Assembly (NCBI GenBank): GCA_031367385.1
Contig: JANLPS010000373.1
Location: 1-64,000, forward strand
Reading direction: 5' to 3'
DNA: 64,000 nucleotides
Source: Archangium sp.
Lineage (GTDB): Bacteria > Myxococcota > Myxococcia > Myxococcales > Myxococcaceae
Shown here: piece after piece, positions 31,096 through 39,861 of the stretch
Numbering within the stretch: position 1 is the stretch's first letter
Layout: every line of letters starts with the position of its first letter
The notes under the pieces: generated by a model
The model's database searches: none
What the model was told of the DNA's origin: nothing
What the model saw: the letters and a program-made list of their open reading frames with translations, nothing else
Program-made: the position numbers and the translations under genes

Positions 31096-32202
31096 CTATG
31101 CGTACGGAGAGCGTTCGGTTGGGTCGACGCCCGTGAATTCTTCGACCGACAACCCCTTCGCAAGCGCTCGATGCTCGCTCGAGCCCAGCGTCGACAACAG
31201 GTCTTCAGGGCCGTGAACGAAGCGGCGCTCGAGGGCCGCCAAGCGTGCCCGCGAGGCCTCGAGCCGCTCGACTGACAGCCGCCCGCTCTCGACCGCCTTG
31301 ACCACTGCATCGATCGCGCTCCATTGACGCGTCGCCAGGTGGCAGACCAAGAACAAGTCGACCCCCGCCTCGAGCCCTTCGACCACCGCGCGCTCAATCG
31401 AGTAGTGATCAGCGATCGCCTTCATCTCGAGATCATCACTGACGATGACGCCTTCGAAGCCGAGCTGATTTCGCAACAGGTCGGTCAGCACGGCCCGGCT
31501 CATCGTCGCGGGCTTCTCGGGCTCTATGGCGTCGAAGATCACGTGCGCCGTCATCAACGACGCCAGGCCCGCGCGGGCGTAGGCCTCGAACGGCACCAGC
31601 TCGACTTGCCGCAGCCGCTCGAGGTGATGCGGGAGCCTCGGCAGGTCGAGGTGCGAGTCTTGATCAGTGTCTCCATGACCTGGAAAATGCTTGCCGCACG
31701 ATGCGACACCTTGGGCCTCGAGGCCGCGCGCCATCGCGACGCCGAGTCGGCCCACTTCGGCGGGGTCGTGATGAAACGAGCGATCGCCGATGACCGGGTT
31801 CTTCGAGTTGGTGTCGACGTCGAGCACGGGCGCGAAGTCCCAATCGAAGCCGACGGCTCGAACTTCGTACCCCAACAATCGGCCGACCCGCTCGGCGAGC
31901 GCCGCGTCTCGGTTTTTCGCGAGCGTGCGAAGGGGAGGCACTGCAGTGAACGGTGGTCCTCTCAGGCGGGCGACCCGGCCGCCTTCTTGATCGACCGCGG
32001 CGATCAGCGGCCGCCCGGCCCGGGTCTTGAGCGCGTTGATCAGCGACGAGGTCTGCTCGGCTGATTCGATGTTGCGCTTGAACAAGATCACTCCGCCAAC
32101 GCCGGCGTCGATCAGCTCGAGCACCTCGTCATCGGGTCTCGCCCGGGGAAAACCCACCATGAACAGACTGGCTGCAAGTCGGCGGAGCTCTGAAGTCGAC
32201 AC
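31096..32202 (-). CDS. nagZ: Beta-N-acetylhexosaminidase (GH3)
   Basis: VDQEGGRVAR, FAPVLD, KHFPGHGDTDQDSH, MTAHV, SDDLEM. Confidence 0.95.
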   Translation of the reverse strand: MSTSELRRLAASLFMVGFPRARPDDEVLELIDAGVGGVILFKRNIESAEQTSSLINALKTRAGRPLIAAVDQEGGRVARLRGPPFTAVPPLRTLAKNRDAALAERVGRLLGYEVRAVGFDWDFAPVLDVDTNSKNPVIGDRSFHHDPAEVGRLGVAMARGLEAQGVASCGKHFPGHGDTDQDSHLDLPRLPHHLERLRQVELVPFEAYARAGLASLMTAHVIFDAIEPEKPATMSRAVLTDLLRNQLGFEGVIVSDDLEMKAIADHYSIERAVVEGLEAGVDLFLVCHLATRQWSAIDAVVKAVESGRLSVERLEASRARLAALERRFVHGPEDLLSTLGSSEHRALAKGLSVEEFTGVDPTERSPYA

Positions 32203-32680
32203 CGCCCCAGACTTAGCGCGATTCTTGAATCGTTTTGCCCATCACGTCGGCAGCCAGGGCAAACAATTGTGCGACGGCGCGCGCCACCGACTCGCCACCC
32301 AACTCATAGTCGAGGTTCGAGCGGTGATGGTGATGCCGGTGCTGCCCGACCCAGCCTGAGGAGACCTCTTGCCTGGGCAAACAGTGGCGGGTCTCGATGT
32401 TTTGGGCGAAGCGCTCGAACATCGCCCGGCGGTTGGAGGTAAGTCTTTGCCGCGCGTCGGCTTTCTGCCAGTCGGGCATCGCGCCACGCCGAACACTGTT
32501 CATCAGGTTGCGGGAGTCGACCGCGTCGAAGGGGCTGGGTGCGTGAATCCGACTTCTCGCGAGCTGCGAAAGCCGACGAAACCCGTGAAATCGTTTCGAA
32601 TCAGCCCACCCGGGTTTTGAAGTTCAAGGGCCGAGCCGCAGTTGGCGCCTCCGATGCTCAGCGCTGGCTCGATGTAATCG

Positions 32681-33115
32681 TCACTCCATCAGCTTGTTCA
32701 TCACCGCCTCTGAGCGTCGCAGCCCGACGGTGGCGAGCACTGCTTTCGCGGCCGGGTTCTTGGCGAGCACGGCTTCGACCGCCGCGCGGGGGAAGCTGAT
32801 CACCTCTGCTTGAGCGCTCACCGTGACGGTGGCTTGTCGTTTCACGCCCGAAAACATCGCTTGTTCGCCGAAGACCTGGCCTGCAGTGAGCGTGTCGATG
32901 GCTTTTTCGGTGCCGAGGTCGTCGACGGTCACCCGGGCTTCGCCTTTCGAGAGCACGTAGAGCATGTCGGCGGGGTCGCCTTCGCGGCACAGCACGTGGC
33001 CTGGTGCGAAGTTTTGTTTGATCGCAGACGCCAGCAGCTCACGGCGACCCTCGACGTCCAGCGCTTCGAACAGCTTCGAGACCTTGGCCAGCTCGTCAAC
33101 GTCGGGTTCGCTCAT
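32681..33115 (-). CDS. Stand-alone cyclic nucleotide-binding domain protein
   Basis: REGDPADMLYVLSKG...FGEQAM..GVKRQATV. Confidence 0.88.
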   Translation of the reverse strand: MSEPDVDELAKVSKLFEALDVEGRRELLASAIKQNFAPGHVLCREGDPADMLYVLSKGEARVTVDDLGTEKAIDTLTAGQVFGEQAMFSGVKRQATVTVSAQAEVISFPRAAVEAVLAKNPAAKAVLATVGLRRSEAVMNKLME

Positions 33116-33198
33116 GGTGGCCAAAGCCTACACAAGGGCGCGTCGAGTGCGGCGGTCTGTTTCAGCTGCAGGGCATTCGGTGACGGCTTGAATCAGCG

Positions 33199-33240
33199 CG
33201 CCCCGTGAAGCGGCTGGGCATTCACGGGGCGGCCTTTTTT
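33199..33240. terminator. Intrinsic terminator-like hairpin downstream of PHB depolymerase 2
   Basis: CGCCCCGTGAA / TTCACGGGGCG 11-bp stem with an adjacent T6 on the + strand. Confidence 0.6.
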
Positions 33241-33242
33241 CG

Positions 33243-34625
33243 CTACGGGCAGCGGCCGGCTTCGAAATAGCCGGGCTTCGTCTCGCGCACCCATGAGGTG
33301 AAGTAGAGGTTCCACAAGCCGAGGTCGTCGTTTGCGCCGATGGTGCATGCGCGCCCGTTGTTCGGCTGGCAGAGCGCAGCGCGATGCGCCGTGGTGTGTG
33401 CGTAGTTGTTGGAGAAACTCTCGGTGCAGGTTGAACCGCTGCCCCCGCCGGAACCGCCGCCACTGCCCCCGCCGGAACCGCCGCCACTGCCGCCGCCGAA
33501 ACCGCCGCCACTGCCGCCGCCGGAACCGCCGCCACTGCCGCCGCCGGAACCGCCGCCACTGCCGCCGCCGGAACCGCCGCCACTGCCGCCGCCGGATCCA
33601 CCACCGCCACCTGATCCACCACCGCTGCCGCCGCCCGCGCCACCGCCGGTGTTGTCACCATCCACGAGGCCGAAGAACACCGCCGCGTACGTCGTCGAGC
33701 AGATGCCCACGTCGAGAATGAACGCACCGGCGGTGCCGCACCCATGGGCCGGGTCGACGGGCGTGCCGTGGCTCATCTTCGCAATTCGCCACGACTCGAC
33801 GCGCACCACGCCGTCAGCTGAAGCGAACCGGGTCACCGTCGCCGCGCCAACCGTCTGCGTCGTGGTCGGCGTGGCATTCACGCCGTGCACATTCGTCCAC
33901 TGCAGAATCTCTTCGTCGGCATTCGCCGGCACGACCACGCCATCACTCGTGCCGTGCCAAATCGCCACGCGCGGGTACGTCGCAGGCACCGGAGCCCCGC
34001 TACGAACCAGGTCTCCCCACTGCGTCGCCGAGAGATTCTTGCTGCCGAACATGCAGCTGTACGCATCGTTCTGCGAATCAGCGCAGCGATAGGGCAACCC
34101 GGCCATCACCGCACCGGCGGTGAACACCTCCGGGTAGGCCGCCAACATGACCGAGGTCATCGCGCCTCCGGCCGAGAGCCCGGTCACGTAGACCTTGCCC
34201 ACCGGGTACCGCGCCTTGATCGAATCGACCATCTGCACCACCGAGAGCGCCTGCCCCGCGCCGCGTCGCGCGTTGGCCGGGTCGTACCAGGCGAAGCAAT
34301 TGCCGTTCGCCGTGGTCTGCGGGTACACGATGATCGCGCCAATCGAGTCGGCCAGCGTGTTCCACCCGGCCATCACGTAGGCGCTCGCGCTCTGCGTGCA
34401 CCCGTGCATCGCGACGATCACCGGCACGTTGCGCGCGGCGACTTTGGCCGGCACGTACTCAAACATCGTCAGATTGCCGGGGTTCGAACCAAACGAGCTC
34501 ACTTGGGTGAGCTTCGAGGTCGACGTGCCCACTGCTGCGACCTCAGCATTCAGGCTGGCCGACTCAAGCCCGCACGCCGCAAATCCAACTCCGAGAAACA
34601 CCGCTGCCAATGTCGATGAACGCAT
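33243..34625 (-). CDS. phaZ: Extracellular PHB depolymerase (catalytic type 1) with Gly/Ser linker and C-terminal PHB-binding-like domain
   Basis: FGSNPGNLTM, MHGCTQ oxyanion, GLSAGG lipase box, WHGTSD, HGTPVDP; C-terminal CTESFSNNYAH...AGRCP; lipobox-like FAAC. Confidence 0.9.
   Translation of the reverse strand: MRSSTLAAVFLGVGFAACGLESASLNAEVAAVGTSTSKLTQVSSFGSNPGNLTMFEYVPAKVAARNVPVIVAMHGCTQSASAYVMAGWNTLADSIGAIIVYPQTTANGNCFAWYDPANARRGAGQALSVVQMVDSIKARYPVGKVYVTGLSAGGAMTSVMLAAYPEVFTAGAVMAGLPYRCADSQNDAYSCMFGSKNLSATQWGDLVRSGAPVPATYPRVAIWHGTSDGVVVPANADEEILQWTNVHGVNATPTTTQTVGAATVTRFASADGVVRVESWRIAKMSHGTPVDPAHGCGTAGAFILDVGICSTTYAAVFFGLVDGDNTGGGAGGGSGGGSGGGGGSGGGSGGGSGGGSGGGSGGGSGGGSGGGSGGGFGGGSGGGSGGGSGGGSGGGSGSTCTESFSNNYAHTTAHRAALCQPNNGRACTIGANDDLGLWNLYFTSWVRETKPGYFEAGRCP
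33437..33650 (-). repeat. Coding tandem repeat (12/24-bp) for a (GGGS)n linker
   Basis: Repeated CCGCCGCCGGAACCGCCGCCACTG units. Confidence 0.85.
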
Positions 34626-34904
34626 GCCCCAGACCATGAGCAACCCTCATGCCGCAGCGCGTCTTAGAGTGAGAAACCACCTCTGCCTACAAGGGTTTAG
34701 CCGCTGCCCGGCCAGTCCCACTGTCCGCAAACTGAGACAGGTTGTGTTCAGCCACTTAACAGCGGCGGGTATTATTCTGACGCATCACAGCATGAACCAA
34801 ACGTCATATTCGTCTTGCCATCGAGACGTCGCTGTGGTGTTGCGCCCCCCGCGCGGGCCACCTGCACGGCGCGCATTCACGAATTCATTTCTAGGAGCAG
34901 AACC

Positions 34905-35600
34905 ATGAAGAACCTTCTCTTTGCCTCACTCGCGGTAACCCTCTTGACGGTGGCCTGCGGCGCGCCGACGACCACCACCACCGACTCGGGCACGGTCGTC
35001 ACTGTCGACGCAGGCACGGTTGACGCGGGCACGCCCGTGAAGACCTACACCTGCGACAACAAGACCAAGACCACGACCGTCATGTTCACCTCGAACACGC
35101 TGGTCATCTCGAACGTGAAAGACGCGGCGGCCAGCTGCTTCGACATTCTCGCGAGCTACACCGGCTTCGCGCAAGAAGGCCGCGGCAGCATCTCAGCCGA
35201 CGGCAAGACCGTCATTCTCGAGCTCTACTTCAAAGACAAGACCATCGGTCACTCGTGCGCTGACGGCGCGGTCGGCTCGTCGACCGTGAAGTTCGCGGCC
35301 GTCGGCGGCGCGGCTCCGGTTGCGTTCACTGGCAATGCGCAGCAGACCTACCGCATCGCCACTGGCGGAGCGGCCGGCGACTACAGCACCGGCGCCAAGA
35401 TCACCGCGTACTTCAGCGGCAAGACGATGGTCATGACGGGCTCAGACATCCCCTCCTCGCCGGTTGGTTACAGCCAGAACCTGAACCTGGGTGCGGCCTC
35501 GCAGTGCTACAACAAAGTGACGATCACCACGGCCGGCGCCGCTGGTCAGGAAAACTTCACGGTCGTTTCTGATCTCGGCCAGCTGAACGTCAACCCGTAA
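34905..35600 (+). CDS. Hypothetical beta-rich lipoprotein (possibly circularly permuted)
   Basis: AGGAG RBS; MKNLLFASLAVTLLTVAC lipobox; four further Cys. Confidence 0.85.
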   Translation: MKNLLFASLAVTLLTVACGAPTTTTTDSGTVVTVDAGTVDAGTPVKTYTCDNKTKTTTVMFTSNTLVISNVKDAAASCFDILASYTGFAQEGRGSISADGKTVILELYFKDKTIGHSCADGAVGSSTVKFAAVGGAAPVAFTGNAQQTYRIATGGAAGDYSTGAKITAYFSGKTMVMTGSDIPSSPVGYSQNLNLGAASQCYNKVTITTAGAAGQENFTVVSDLGQLNVNP

Positions 35601-35623
35601 TTCTCAACAGCCATTGATTTCAA

Positions 35624-35662
35624 GAGAGCCGGGTGCTGCTGCGGCCCGGCTCTCGTTGTTTC
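35624..35662 (+). terminator. Intra-operon hairpin (partial terminator or mRNA stabiliser)
   Basis: GAGAGCCGGG / CCCGGCTCTC 10-bp stem followed by GTTGTTTC. Confidence 0.55.
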
Positions 35663-35684
35663 TACTCGTCGACTTCGGTGAACC

Positions 35685-37328
35685 ATGGTCTTGCGCTCGA
35701 TGATTCGCACTGGGTGTTTTGCTCTCTTGCTGGCGGCCAGTGTGGCCGCGGCCGAGGGCCCGGTCGCCCCTCTCAACCTCGACCCGTTGCCCGACTACAA
35801 AGATCTGAAGAGCCGTGAAAACGACGGCCCGCTCTCTGATTTTCGACTGATCAGCTACTTCTTCGCCCGCACTTCGCTCACCAACGTCATCGGCAACCCC
35901 TCTGGGCTGCGCGGCGTGTCGCTCGGGCCCTACGGCCTGCCCAACGGCTCAGCGGTGCAGATCGGCGCGATCAACAACTTCTACGTCGACCAACGGTGGA
36001 TACCCGTCATCGAGTACACGCCGTTCTTCTTCGACGGCCTGGCCAGCGTGCGCGCGCAATTCGAGATCGACTACATGTGGGGCCTCGCTGCGAACACCAC
36101 CCAGCCCAACCAGGGTGGCGGCTTCAACGCCGACCAGGTCAACATTCAGACCAAGAACGTCAACGTCGCGATCTACCCGTTCAAGAAGCAGAAGCCCCTG
36201 TCGATCGTGATTGGTACCCAGACGGTGTACGACACGATTCTCGACCCCGCGACCAACTCGCTCTTCGAGTTGCAGAAGAGCGGCTACAAGTTCAGCTACC
36301 TCGCCTCTGACGCCACCGGCATCTCGGTCTACGGCAACATGGGCCAGCACCGCTTCAAGGTGAGCCTCTTGCCGCTCTCGGCCGCGCAGCCCGACGTGGT
36401 CACGCAGAACAACCCGTCGCTCTTCTTCGTGATTCTGGCCACCGCCGACTACTCGTGGTCGCCGATGCCGGGCACCCACCTCGGCCTCTCGGTGTGGACG
36501 ATGCGCGACGAGACCAAGGGCAAGGCGTTCGCCTACGAGGGCCTGGTCTACAACGGCCCCAGCAGCCCGGGCTTGGCGGCGTTCACCGGCGCTCCGCGGT
36601 TCGCGATCGATGCTCCGCGCGGCGGCGTGTCGTGGTTCGGCTTCAACTTTCAGCACAACCTGAACTTCAACCACGGCCCGCTGGCGGCGTCGGGCTTCGT
36701 GATGGTGAACAAGGGTCGCTACATCAGCACCAGCACCACCACCACCAACCCCAAAGACCTCGACATCTTCGGCGTGGGCGCGAACCTCGAGTTCGTCTAC
36801 CACTACGGTCGCACGCCGGCCGACGTCATCTCGCTCGAAGGCATGTTCACCTCGGGTGACTCGAACCCCGAAGACAACCAGTACAGCGGCGTGTTCACGA
36901 TGAACACCTACGGCTTGCCGGGCGCGGTCTGGTTCAACAGCAAGACGCTCCTGCTTTTCCCCTTCACCAGCACCATCAACAACTACACCGGCGCGATCAA
37001 CGACATCTCGAACCAGGGCTACGGCATGTCGGCCGCGGTGTTGGCCGCGACGCGCGACCTGGTGCCGAACATTCTCTCGCTCAAGTTGGGCACCGCGCTG
37101 GCGTGGGCGAACGCGGTACCGGGCGACTCCATCGGCATCTCGGAGGGCACCCGCGGCCGCTTCGTCGGCTTCGAGATGAACGCCGAGCTCAAGTGGCAGA
37201 TTCGCTACTTGATGACGGTCGGTCTGCACGGCGCCTACATGGTGCGTGGCGACTTCTACACCAACGTCTCGCGCGTCACCGAAAACCCCTACGCGCTGTT
37301 CACCACCTTCACCTGGTACGGGTTCTAA
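35685..37328 (+). CDS. Putative outer-membrane beta-barrel protein
   Basis: Signal peptide (SVAAA-E), amphipathic strands rich in aromatics, C-terminal FTTFTWYGF beta-signal. Confidence 0.75.
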   Translation: MVLRSMIRTGCFALLLAASVAAAEGPVAPLNLDPLPDYKDLKSRENDGPLSDFRLISYFFARTSLTNVIGNPSGLRGVSLGPYGLPNGSAVQIGAINNFYVDQRWIPVIEYTPFFFDGLASVRAQFEIDYMWGLAANTTQPNQGGGFNADQVNIQTKNVNVAIYPFKKQKPLSIVIGTQTVYDTILDPATNSLFELQKSGYKFSYLASDATGISVYGNMGQHRFKVSLLPLSAAQPDVVTQNNPSLFFVILATADYSWSPMPGTHLGLSVWTMRDETKGKAFAYEGLVYNGPSSPGLAAFTGAPRFAIDAPRGGVSWFGFNFQHNLNFNHGPLAASGFVMVNKGRYISTSTTTTNPKDLDIFGVGANLEFVYHYGRTPADVISLEGMFTSGDSNPEDNQYSGVFTMNTYGLPGAVWFNSKTLLLFPFTSTINNYTGAINDISNQGYGMSAAVLAATRDLVPNILSLKLGTALAWANAVPGDSIGISEGTRGRFVGFEMNAELKWQIRYLMTVGLHGAYMVRGDFYTNVSRVTENPYALFTTFTWYGF

Positions 37329-37331
37329 ATC

Positions 37332-38510
37332 ATGAGCTCACGACTTTTGATGATCGCCGCTGTCTGTGCCGCATTGATCAGCGCTGGCTGCGTCAAGCGC
37401 TACAGCGACTCGCCGCCGCTCGCCTTCGCCGACGTGCCGTACGTGGGCCCGACCGGCACCGTGTGGCCGCTCAAGAGCGTTCAGCTCGAGGGAGCGAAGG
37501 CCCGCTACAACCTGGGCCACGCCCCGACCTTGCGCTACGTCGAGCTCAACGAGACCGGCACCACCACCGTGGTCTTTCTTCACGGCCTGGGCAGCTATCT
37601 GAAGTTCTGGCGCTCGCAGCTCGACGAGACCGCGGCCAAGGGCTACCGGGTCATCGCGATTGATCAGCTCGGCTTCGGTAAGTCAGAGAAGCCGGCGACG
37701 TTTCCGTACACCACTGAATCGTTTGCCGAAAACGTGGTCGAGGTGCTCGACCTGCTGCACATCGACAAGGCGATTCTGGTCGGCCACTCAATGGGCGGGC
37801 AGACTGCGCTTTCGACGGCGATTCGATACCCCGACCGCGTCTCGGCGCTGGCGTTGGTGAGCCCCGCAGGCTTCGAGGTGTTCTCGACCCGCGAGCAGAA
37901 GTGGTTCAAGAACGTGTACTCGCGCGCGCTGGTCATCGGCCAAGACGAAGAGGGCATCTGGGGCAACATTCGTGAGCTGAACTTTCAGAAATGGGTGCCT
38001 GATCACGAGTGGTTGGTTGAGGAGCGGGTTCGCGAGTCAAAGCCGGTCGCCGAGGGGCTCGAAGACGCCGAAAAAGCCGCCGCTGCCGCACGCAGCAAGC
38101 CGGGCGCAGACCTGGCCGCCATCGACGCCGAAGAGAAGGCCGCCAAGGCGCTCGCGGTGGCCCAGGCCAAAGAGTTCGACTCGTATGCCTACGCGCAGGT
38201 GCGCACCGTCGAAGGCCTGACCCAGAACAACTTCGTGCGCGAATCGCTCAACAAGGTGCAGGCGCCGACCGTCATCATCTACGGCAGCGGCGATCGCTTG
38301 ATACCCAACATGTTCTTGCACGGAGGCTTCACCAAGACGGTGATGGCCGTCGGCCAGGCCGGCATACCCGGCAGTCAGCTGGTCGAGCTGGAGGGCTGCG
38401 GCCACACGCTGCAGCTCGACTGCACCGCCGAGTTCAACAAGACCCTGTTCGAGTTTCTCGCCAAGGTCAGCACCGCCAGCACGACGACTACCGCTGCGGC
38501 GGCGCACTGA
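37332..38510 (+). CDS. Alpha/beta-hydrolase lipoprotein
   Basis: ISAGC lipobox; FLHGLG, DQLGFGKS, GHSMGG, GSGDRLIP, GCGH. Confidence 0.92.
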   Translation: MSSRLLMIAAVCAALISAGCVKRYSDSPPLAFADVPYVGPTGTVWPLKSVQLEGAKARYNLGHAPTLRYVELNETGTTTVVFLHGLGSYLKFWRSQLDETAAKGYRVIAIDQLGFGKSEKPATFPYTTESFAENVVEVLDLLHIDKAILVGHSMGGQTALSTAIRYPDRVSALALVSPAGFEVFSTREQKWFKNVYSRALVIGQDEEGIWGNIRELNFQKWVPDHEWLVEERVRESKPVAEGLEDAEKAAAAARSKPGADLAAIDAEEKAAKALAVAQAKEFDSYAYAQVRTVEGLTQNNFVRESLNKVQAPTVIIYGSGDRLIPNMFLHGGFTKTVMAVGQAGIPGSQLVELEGCGHTLQLDCTAEFNKTLFEFLAKVSTASTTTTAAAAH

Positions 38511-39225
38511 CGTAGAGCTTCTGCGCCAACAGCCAGCGAACGACCGGCGCGGCCGCCGCGGCTTGGCCCAGCAGCCACGGCACGAGGGCTCTGGTGTGGC
38601 GTACCTTCTTGGGTATCTGCTCGGTGCCCAGCGCCAGGCCCTTGAGCTTGAGCAACTCGAGCCGCGGGTGGTCGAGCGGCACGCCGGGGGGCGCCCGCTT
38701 GAGCTTCTCCATCGCGCCCACCGAGAGCCCGGCCTGTTGGGTCGCGGTCAGTAGTTTTTGCAACGCGACGCCGCTCGTGTCGGCCAGCACCCGGCTGCGC
38801 AGGTGCTTGAGCGACTCGGGGTACAGCGCGTACGAGCCCGCGCCCACGGAGTCTTCGAGGCCGAGCTGCAGGTAGAGCGCGGTCGGGCCTTCGAAGGCGC
38901 CCGCCATCAGGCCGAAGACCGCTGACACGTTGGTCTTGTAGGGCGTCTTGTCGTTCGAGAAGCGCACGTCGCGGTGGAGCCTGAAAATCTTGCCCGGCTT
39001 GAGTGTTTTGCCCCGATAGAGCTTGGCCAACGGGGCTTGCAGCTCGGCCACCAGGGAGCGCATCGGCTCGGCCCAGAGCGCCTCGAACGCGCCCCGGTTC
39101 TCTGCAAACCACTCGCGACGCTGGTTCATCGCCAGGGCGTGAAACCACGACACCCCCTCAGCGGGGAAGCCCTTGAACGGGCCAGGCGGGGGGGCAGACT
39201 TGGCGGGTTTTTTCGAGGAGGCCAT
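38488..39225 (-). CDS. DUF2461-family protein
   Basis: F..F....WF..L..NQRREWF; IFRLHRDVRFSNDKTPYKT; LKRAPPG...DHP..ELLK. Confidence 0.9.
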   Translation of the reverse strand: MASSKKPAKSAPPPGPFKGFPAEGVSWFHALAMNQRREWFAENRGAFEALWAEPMRSLVAELQAPLAKLYRGKTLKPGKIFRLHRDVRFSNDKTPYKTNVSAVFGLMAGAFEGPTALYLQLGLEDSVGAGSYALYPESLKHLRSRVLADTSGVALQKLLTATQQAGLSVGAMEKLKRAPPGVPLDHPRLELLKLKGLALGTEQIPKKVRHTRALVPWLLGQAAAAAPVVRWLLAQKLYVSAPPQR

Positions 39226-39245
39226 GACGAGCTGCGCTCTCGCGC

Positions 39246-39749
39246 TTACCGGCCGCCCATGCGCAGACGCATGACGACGCTCTCGGGCAACAAGAAGCGC
39301 AGGTGTGCGTTGCCCAACCGAATGATGCCTCCGTCGTTGACGACCTTGCGCTGCCGGGCGCCGAGCGGCTCGCCATCGACGAAGGTGCCATTCTTGCTGT
39401 CGGCGTCGCAGAGTGACCACTGCTGAGAGCGTTCGTCGTACTGCAGCCAGGCGTGAAAGCGGCTCACGCTCGAGTCATCGATGGCGATGTCGTTGGTCTC
39501 GACGCGCCCCAGCGTGACGCCCATGGTGAACGGGTTCTGTACGCCCGCGCGCTTCTCGACCAAGAACAACATCGGGTCGCGCCCGGTCTCGAGCTTGCCG
39601 ACGCTGGCCGAGCCGGTCAGCGCCCACGCGTCGCCGCTGTGCTCGTCGCCAGTGGCCTCGAAGACCAACATCGGCACCTTGACGGAGCGCTCGGTCGCCA
39701 AGGCATCTTTCCGCCAACGGTCGACGAACTCGCTGAGGTGGAGCGTCAT
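39246..39749 (-). CDS. FHA-domain protein
   Basis: LGRVETNDIAIDDSSVSRFHA...DADSKNGTFVDG. Confidence 0.93.
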   Translation of the reverse strand: MTLHLSEFVDRWRKDALATERSVKVPMLVFEATGDEHSGDAWALTGSASVGKLETGRDPMLFLVEKRAGVQNPFTMGVTLGRVETNDIAIDDSSVSRFHAWLQYDERSQQWSLCDADSKNGTFVDGEPLGARQRKVVNDGGIIRLGNAHLRFLLPESVVMRLRMGGR

Positions 39750-39861
39750 GACCACAAGCCTAGCGCACGCAGTGTGGAAACGACCGAGGTATCCACCAAG
39801 CCGACATCTCCACACCGTGGTTTTTTATTCGGGTGGTGCCAGACCCCACTACGCTGCGCCC

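Noticed and set aside
32213..32680. Short minus-strand ORF fragments between nagZ and the cNMP-binding gene
   Set aside because: Possibly another remnant, but no family is recognisable.
39481..39861. N-terminal extension of LanB given by the ORF track
   Set aside because: Overlaps the opposite-strand FHA gene; LanB similarity begins near VVRNPLLP.
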